Assembly: GCF_006345805.1 (NCBI RefSeq)
Contig: NW_021826971.1
Coordinates: 1-8,641 of the forward strand
Length of the DNA: 8,641 nt
DNA from: Octopus sinensis
Taxonomy: Eukaryota
Reading direction: 5' to 3'
The notes beneath the pieces are model-generated. The model searched no databases, was not told the DNA's origin, and saw only the letters and a program-made list of their open reading frames with translations. The stretch's first letter is position 1, and the number at the start of each line of letters is the position of its first letter. Shown here one piece after another: positions 1-8,428 of this stretch. The position numbers and the translations under genes were made by a program.

Positions 1-2376
1 GAAGCAATCTCTTACATAATCTCAAGTTTTCTCATATCTTCATATCTTGGCACCTCCCAAAAAATGCATAATATATTACGCAATTTATTACGCATCTATT
101 ACATATCTCAAGTACCCTCGTATCTTCACATCTTGGCACCCTCCCAAATTGCATAAATATTACGCAATTTATTACGCAATTATTACATAATCTCAAGTTA
201 CCCTCTATACATAATTCTAGAGAGTTCCACAAATGACATAATATATTACGCAATATATTACGCAATCTATTACATAATCTCAAGTACCCTCGTATCTCCA
301 CATCTTGGACATCCCAAAATTCATAATATATACGCAATTTATTACGCAATCTATTACATAATCTCAAGTACCTCGTATCTTCACATTTGGCACCTCCAAA
401 ATTACATAATATATTACGCAATTTATTACGCAAACTATTACATAATCTCAAATACCTCGTATCTTCACATCTTGGCACATCCCAAAATTGCATAATATAT
501 TACGCAATTATTACGCAATCTATACATAATCTCAAGTACCCTCATATACATAAATCTAGGACTTCCACAAATTGCATAATATATTACGCAATTTATTACG
601 CAATCTATACATAATCTCAAGTACCCTCGTATCTTACATCTTGGCACCTCCCAAAATTGCATAATATATTACGCAATTTATTACGCAATCTATTTCATAA
701 TCTCAAGTACCCTCATATACATAAATCTAGGACTTCCACAAATTGCATAATATATTACGCAATATATGACGCAAATATTACATAATCTCAAGTACCCTCG
801 TCTTCACTAAATCTTGGGAACTCGCAAATAGCATTATGTATTACGCAATTTATTACGCAATTTATTTAATATCTCAAGTACCCTCATATATCAATCTAGA
901 GACTTCCACAAATTGCATAATATATTACCGAATTTATTACGCAATCTATTACAAATCTCAAGTACCCTCGTATCTTCAATCTGGCAACCTCCCAAAATTG
1001 CATATTATATTACGCAATTTATACGCAATCTATTACATAATCTCAAGTACCCTCATATACATAAATTAGAGACTTTCACAAATTAATAATATATACGCAA
1101 TATATGACGCAAATCTATACATAATCTCAAGTACCCTGTATCTTCAACTTGGCACCTCCCAAAATTGCATTAATTATATTACGCAATCATTACATAATCT
1201 CAAGTACCCTCATATACATAAATAGAGACTTCCACAATTGCATAATATATTACGCAATTTATTACGCAATCTATTACATAATCTCAAGTACCCTCATATA
1301 CATAATCTAGGGACTTCCACAAATACATAAAATTACGCAATTTATTACGCAATCTATTACATAATCTCAAGTACCCTCTATCTTCACATCTTGGCACATC
1401 CCAAAATTGCATAATATATTACGCAATTTATTACGCAATCTATACATAATCTCAAGTACCCTCGTATCTTCACATATTGGACCTCCCCAAATTGCATAAT
1501 ATATTACGCAATTTATTACGCAATCTATTACATAATCTCAAGTACCCTCGTATCTTCAAATCTTGGGACCTCTCCAATTGCATAAATATTACGCAATTAT
1601 TACGCAATAATACATAAATCTCAAATACCCTCGTATCTTACATCTTGGCACATCCCAAAATTACATAATATTACGCAATTTATTACGCAATCTATTACAT
1701 AATCTCAAGTACCCCGTATCTTTACATCTGGCACCTCCCAAAATTGCATAATATATTACGCAATTTATTACGCAATCTATTACATAATCTCAAGTACCCT
1801 CATATAATAAATCTAGGACTTCACAAATTACATAATATATTACGCAATATATGACGCAATCTATTACATAATCTCAAGTACCCTCGTATCTTCACATCTT
1901 GGCACCTCCCAAAATAAATTGCATAATATATTACGCAATCTATTACATAATCTCAAGTACCCTCGTATCTTCACATCTGGCACCTCCCACAAATTGCATA
2001 ATATATTACGCAATTATTACGCAATCTTTACATAATCTCAAGTACCCTCGTCTTCACATCTTGGCACCTCCCAAAATTGCATAATATTACGCAATTTATT
2101 ACGCAATCTATTACATAATCTCAAATACCCTCGTATCTTCACATCAAGGGACCTCCCAAAATTGCATAATATATTACGCAATTTATTACGCAATCTATTA
2201 CATAATCTCAAGTACTCGTATCTTACATCTTGGCACATCCCAAAATTGCATAATATATACGCAATTTATTACGCAATCTATTACATAATCTCAAGTACCC
2301 TCATATACATAATTCTAGAAACTTCCACAAATTACATAATATATTACGCAATATATGACGCAATCTATTACATAAT

Positions 2377-2526
2377 CTCAAGTACCCTCGTATCTTCACA
2401 TCTTGGCACCTCCCAAAATTGCATAATATATTACGCAATCTATTACATAATCTCAAGTACCCTCGTATCTTCACATCTTGGCACCTCCCAAAATTGCATA
2501 ATATATTACGCAATCTATTACATAAT
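2377..2526 (+). repeat. Two adjacent identical 75-bp monomers (87-mer minus one 12-bp subunit)
   Basis: Anchors at 2377, 2452 and 2527 are exactly 75 bp apart. The two units are base-identical and lack one TATTACGCAATT unit. Confidence 0.93.
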
Positions 2527-2613
2527 CTCAAGTACCCTCGTATCTTCACATCTTGGCACCTCCCAAAATTGCATAATATATTACGCAATTTATTACGCAA
2601 TCTATTACATAAT
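2527..2613 (+). repeat. Representative family-A monomer (87 bp)
   Basis: CTCAAGTACCCTCGTATCTTCACATCTTGGCACCTCCCAAAATTGCATAATATATTACGCAATTTATTACGCAATCTATTACATAAT. A common subtype has GGCACATCCC instead of GGCACCTCCC (e.g. 3563, 4855). By hand count the consensus has 23 C and 7 G. Confidence 0.95.
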
Positions 2614-3649
2614 CTCAAGTACCCTCATATACTTAATCTAGAAACTTCCCAAATTACATAATATATTACGCAATATATGACGCAATCTATTACATAATCT
2701 CAAGTACCCTCGTATATCACATCTTGGCACATCCCAAAATTGCATAATATATTACGCAATTTATTACGCAATCTATTACATAATCTCAAGTACCCTCGTA
2801 TCTTCACATCTTGGCACCTCCAAAAATTGCATAATATATTACGCAATTTATTACGCAATCTATTACATAATCTCAAGTACCCTCATAATAAATCTAGAGA
2901 CTTCCCAAATTGCATAATATATTACGCAAATATGACGCCATCTTACATAATTTACATAATCTCAAGTACCCTCGTATCACTACATCTTGGGAACTCCCCA
3001 AATAGCATAATATATTACGCAATTTATTACATAATCTATTACATAATCTCAAGTACCCTCATATCATAATCTAGGACTTCCACAAATGCATAAATATTAC
3101 GCAATTTATGACGCAATCTATTAAATAATCTCAAGTATCCTCATATCTTCACATCTTGGCACCCTCAAAATTGCATAATAATTACGCAATTTATTACGCA
3201 ATCTATTACATAATCTCAAGTACATTCGTATCTTCACATCTTGGCACCTCCCAAAATTGCATAATATATTACGCAATTTATTACGCAATTTATTACATAA
3301 TCTCAAGTACCCTCGTATCTTTACATCTTGGCACATCCCAAAATTGCATAATATATTACGCAATTTATTACGCAATCTATTACATAATCTCAAGTACATT
3401 CGTATCTTCACATCTTGGCACCTCCCAAAATTGCATAATATATTACGCAATTTATTACGCAATCCATTACATAATCTCAAGTACCCTCGTATCTTCACAT
3501 CAAGGGACCTCCCAAAATTGCATAATATATTACGCAATTTATGACGCAATCTATTACATAATCTCAAGTACCCTCGTATCTTCACATCTTGGCACATCCC
3601 AAAATTGCATAATATATTACGCAATTTATTACGCAATTTATTACATAAT

Positions 3650-3736
3650 CTCAAGTACCCTCATATACATAATTCTAGAAACTTCCACAAATTACATAAT
3701 ATATTACGCAATATATGACGCAATCTATTACATAAT
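3650..3736 (+). repeat. Representative family-B monomer, subtype B1 (87 bp)
   Basis: The variable domain reads ATATACATAATTCTAGAAACTTCCACAAATTAC and the tail carries ATATGACGCAAT. Subtype B2 reads ATATACATAAATCTAGAGACTTCCACAAATTGC (e.g. 3812, 4070, 5786). Both contain TCTAGA (XbaI site). Confidence 0.93.
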
Positions 3737-4721
3737 CTCAAGTACCCTCGTATCTTCACATCTTGGCACCTCCCAAAATTGCATAATATATTACGCAATC
3801 TATTACATAATCTCAAGTACCCTCATATACATAAATCTAGAGACTTCCACAAATTGCATATTATATTACGCAATTTATTACGCAATCTATTACATAATCT
3901 CAAGTACCCTCATATACATAAATCTAGAGACTTTCACAAATTACATAATATATTACGCAATTTATACGCATCTATTACATAATCTCAAGTACCCTCATAT
4001 ACTTAAATTAGAGAGACTCCCCAAATTGCATAATATATTACCGATTTATTACGCAATCTATTACATAATCTCAAGTACCCTCATATACATAAATCTAGAG
4101 ACTTCCACAAATTGCATAATATATTACGCAATATATGACGCAATCTTTACATAATTTACATAATCTCAAGTACCCTCGTATCACTAAATCTTGGGAACTC
4201 CCCAAATAGCATTATATTACGCAATTTATTACATAATTTATTTAATAATCTCAAGTACCCTCATATACTTAAATCTAGAGACTTCCACAAATTACATAAT
4301 ATATTACGCAATATATGAAGCAATCTATTACAGAATCTCAAGTATCCTCATATCTTCACATCTTGGCACCTTCCAAAATTGCATAATATATTACGCAATT
4401 TATTAGGCAATCTATTACATAATCTCAAGTACCCTCGTATCTTCACATCTTAGCACCTCCCAAAATTGCATAATATATTACCTAATTTATTATGCAATCT
4501 ATTACATAATCTCAAGATCCTCGTATCTTCAATCAAGGTACCTCTATAAATTACATAATATATTACCTAATTTATTACGCAATCTATTACATAATCTCAA
4601 GTTTTCTCATATCTTCATATCTTGGCACCTCCCAAAATTGCATAATATATTACGCAATTTATTACGCAATCTATTACATAATCTCAAGTACCCTCGTATC
4701 TTCACATCTTGGCACCTCCCA

Positions 4722-4747
4722 AAATTGCATAATATATTACGCAATTT
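4722..4747. other. 26-bp imperfect palindrome (example; present in most A and B2 monomers)
   Basis: AAATTGCATAATA|TATTACGCAATTT has 13-bp arms with a single A/C mismatch (4729 versus 4740). Confidence 0.92.
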
Positions 4748-4768
4748 ATTACGCAATTATTACATAAT

Positions 4769-5449
4769 CTCAAGTACCCTCATATACATAATTCTAGAAA
4801 CTTCCACAAATTACAAATATATTACGCAATATATGACGCAATCTATTACATAATCTCAAGTACCCTCGTATCTTCACATCTTGGCACATCCCAAAATTGC
4901 ATAATATATTACGCAATTTATTACGCAATCTATTACATAATCTCAAGTACCCTCGTATCTTCACATCTTGGCACCTCCCAAAATGCATAATATTTACGCA
5001 ATTTATTACGCAATCTATTACATAATCTCAATACCCTCATATACATAAATCTAGAGACTTCCAAATTGCATATATATTACGCAATATATGACGCAATCTT
5101 TACATAATCTCAAGTACCCTCGTATCACTAATCTTGGGAACTCCCAAATAGCATTATATATTAAGCAATTTATTACATATGTATTTAATAATCTCAAGTA
5201 CCCTCATATACATAAATCAGAGCTTCCACAAATTACATAATATATTACGCAATATATGACGCTATCTATTAAATAATCTCGAGTATCCTCATATCTTCAC
5301 ATCTTGGCACCTCCCAAATTGCATATATATTACGCAATTTATACGCAATCTATTAACATAATCTCAAGTACATTCGTATCTTCACATCTTGGCACCTCCC
5401 AAAATTGCATAATATATTACGCAATTTATTACGCAATCTATTACATAAT
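4769..5449 (+). repeat. 8-monomer HOR module Y; other copies at 2614-3301 and 7492-8171
   Basis: The order B1-A2-A-B2-C-B-E-G occurs three times. It ends in monomer E (TTAAATAATCTC(A/G)AGTATCCTCATA) followed by G (GTACATTCGTA). Confidence 0.85.
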
Positions 5450-6393
5450 CTCAAGTACCCTCGTATCTTCACATCAAGGGACCTCCCAAAATTGCATAAT
5501 ATATTACGCAATTTATGACGCAATCTATTACATAATCTCAAGTACCCTCGTATCTTCACAACTTGGCACATCCCAAAATTGCATAATATATTACGCAATT
5601 TATTACGCAATTTATTACATAATCTCAAGAACCCTCATATACATAATTCTAGAAACTTCCACAAATTACATAATATATTACGCAATATATGACGCAATCT
5701 ATTACATAATCTCAAGTACCCTCGTATCTTCACATCTTGGCACCTCCCAAAATTGCATAATATATTACGCAATCTATTACATAATCTCAAGTACCCTCAT
5801 ATACATAAATCTAGAGACTTCCACAAATTGCATAATATATTACGCAATATATGACGCAATCTTTACATAATTTACATAATCTCAAGTACCCTCGTATCAC
5901 TAAATCTTGGGAACTCCCCAAATAGCATTATATATTACGCAATTTATTACATAATTTATTTAATAATCTCAAGTACCCTCATATACTTAAATCTAGAGAC
6001 TTCCACAAATTACATAATATATTACGCAATATATGAAGCAATCTATTACAGAATCTCAAGTATCCTCATATCTTCACAATCTTGGCACCTTCCAAAAATT
6101 GCATAATTATTACGCAATTTATTAGGCAATCTTTACATAATCTCAAGTATCCTCGTATCTTCACATCAAGGTAACTCTATAATTCATAATATATTATAAT
6201 TTATTACGCATCTATTACATAATCTCAAGTTTTCTCATATCTTCATTATCGTGGCACCTCCCAAAATTGCAATAATATTACGCAATTATTACGCAATCTA
6301 TTACATAATCTCAAGTACCCTGTATCTTCACATCTTCAGGCACCTCCAAAATTGATTAATATATTACGCAATTATTACGCAATCTATACAAAT
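5450..6393 (+). repeat. Shortened (11-monomer) copy of HOR module X; longer copies at 3476-4768 (15 monomers) and 6394-7491 (13 monomers)
   Basis: All three copies run D-A2-B1-A(75 bp)-[0, 1 or 3 extra B]-B2dup-C-Bg-E'-(H)-I-F-A. This copy has no extra B monomers and lacks H. Confidence 0.85.
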
Positions 6394-6802
6394 CTCAAGT
6401 ACCTCGTATCTTCACATCAAGGACCTCCAAAATTGCATAATATATTACGCAATTTGACGCAATCTATACATAATCTCAAGTACCCTCGTATCTTCAATCT
6501 TGGCACATCCCAAATTGCATAATATATACGCAATTTATTACGCAATTGATTACATAATCTCAAGAACCCTCATATACATAATTCTGAAACTTCCACAAAT
6601 TACAAATATATTACGCAATATATGACGCAATCTATACATAATCTCAAGTACCCTCGTATCTTCACATCTTGGCACCTCCAAAATTGCATAATATATTACG
6701 CCATATTACATAATCTCAAGTACCCTCATATACATAAATCTTAGAGACTTCCACAAATTGCATAATATATTACCGAATTTATTACGCAATCTATTACATA
6801 AT

Positions 6803-8428
6803 CTCAAGTACCCTCATATACATAAATCTAGAGACTTCCACAAATTGCATAATAATTACGCAATATATGACGCACTTACATAATTTACATAATCTCAAGT
6901 ACCCTCGTATCACTAAATCTTGGGAACTCCCCAAATAGCATTATATATATACGCAATTTATTACATAATTATTTAATAATCTCAAGTACCCTCATATACT
7001 TAAATCTAGAGACTTCCACCAATTACATAATATATTACGCAATATATGAAGCAATCTATTACAGAATCTCAAATATCCTCATATCTTCACATCTTGGCAC
7101 CTTCCAAAATTGCATAATAATTACGCAATTATTAGCAATCTATTACATAATCTCAAGTACCCTCGTATCTTCACATCTTAGCACCTCCCAAAATTGCATA
7201 ATATATTACCTAATTTATTATGCAATCTATTACATAATCTCAAGTATCCTCGTATCTCACATCAAGGTAACTCTATAATTACATAATATATTACCTAATT
7301 ATTACGCAACTATTACATAATCTCAAGTTTTCTCATATCTTCATATCTTGGCACCTCCCAAAATTGCAATTATATTACGCAATTTATACGCAATATTACA
7401 TAATCTCAAGTACCCTCGTATCTTCACATCTTGGCACCTCCCCCAAAATTGCATAATATATTACGCAATTATTACGCATTTATTACATAATCTCAAGTAC
7501 CCTCATATACAAATTCTAGAAACTCACAAATACATAATATATACGCAATATATGACGCAATCTATTACATTAATCTCAAGTACCCTCGTATCTTCACATC
7601 TTGGCACATCCCAAAATTGCATAATATATTACGCAATTTATTACGCAATCTATTACATAATCTCAAGTACCCTTAGTATCTTCACATCTTGGCACCTCCC
7701 AAAATTGCATAATATATACGCAATTTATACGCAATCTATTACATAATCTCAAGTACCTCATATACATAAATCTAGAGACTTCCACAATTGCATTAAATAT
7801 TACGCAATATATGACGCAATCTTTACATAATCTCAAGTAACCTCGTATCACTAAATCTGGGAAACTCCCCAAATAGCAATATATTAAGCAATTTATTACA
7901 TAATTATAATAATCTCAAGTACCCTCATATACATAAATCTAGAGACTTCCACAATTACATAATATATTACGCAATATATGACGCGATATCTATTAAATAA
8001 TCTCGAGTATCCTCATATCTTCACATCTTGGCACCTCCCAAAATTGCAAATATATTACGCAATTTATTACGCAATCTATTACATAATCTCAAGTACATCG
8101 TATCTTCACATCTTGGCACCTCCAAAATTGCATAATATATTACGCAATTTATACGCAATCTATTACATAATCTCAAGTACCCTCGTATCTTCACATCAAG
8201 GGACCTCCCAAAATTGCATAATATATTACGCAATATTTATGACGCAATCTATTACATAATCTCAAGTACCTCGTATCTTCAAAACTTGGCACATCCAAAA
8301 TTGCATAATATATACGCAATTTATTACGCAATTATTACATAATCTCAAGAACCCTCATATACATACTTCTAGAAACTTCACAAATTACATAATATATTAC
8401 GCAATTATGACGCAATCTATTACATAAT
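6803..8428 (+). repeat. 19-monomer higher-order block, copy 2 (offset ~2.73 kb from copy 1)
   Basis: Matching anchors: 4165/6894 (C), 4337/7068 (E'), 4424/7152 (H), 4511/7239 (I), 4596/7322 (F), 5109/7832 (C'), 5278/8002 (CTCGAG), 5450/8172 (D), 5624/8344 (CAAGAACC). Most differences between the copies are single-base indels. Confidence 0.9.

Larger units (their letters stand above)
4070..5710 (+). repeat. 19-monomer higher-order block, copy 1 (~1.64 kb)
   Basis: Monomer order B2dup-C-Bg-E'-H-I-F-A-B1-A2-A-B2-C'-B2-E-G-D-A2-B1', defined by marker words (GGGAACTCCCC, TGAAGC, ACAGAATC, CTTAGCAC, CAAGGTA, CAAGTTTT, TTAAGC, CTCGAG, GTACATTCG, CAAGGGAC, CAAGAACC). The same order occurs at 6803-8428. 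Confidence 0.9.

Noticed and set aside
1-40. Possible Bg-to-F junction skipping E'-H-I (GAAGCAATC directly before the F monomer)
   Set aside because: It rests on one base (GAAGC versus GACGC) at the window edge in a noisy zone, so it cannot be distinguished from error.
1911-1920. AAAT insertion in the monomer at 1873 and other singleton oddities (e.g. 3984, 6335)
   Set aside because: Each is seen once in sequence with evident indel noise, so they are unsupported as biological variants.
3481-3513. Whole monomer derived from a 12- or 24-bp ancestral unit (TCAAGTACCCTC resembling D-type TCAAGGGACCTC)
   Set aside because: Only four subunits align convincingly at 12 bp. Similarity in the remaining ~39 bp is too weak to support by eye.
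4741-4750. AATAAA poly(A)-like signals on the minus strand and TATA-like ATATAT in each monomer
   Set aside because: These short AT words are expected at this composition and there is no associated gene.
32-8259. All ORFs in the six-frame track as genes
   Set aside because: They overlap on both strands and in multiple frames, and translate only the repeat unit. They start and stop at indels or length variants, show no recognisable domain, and have no supportable start context.
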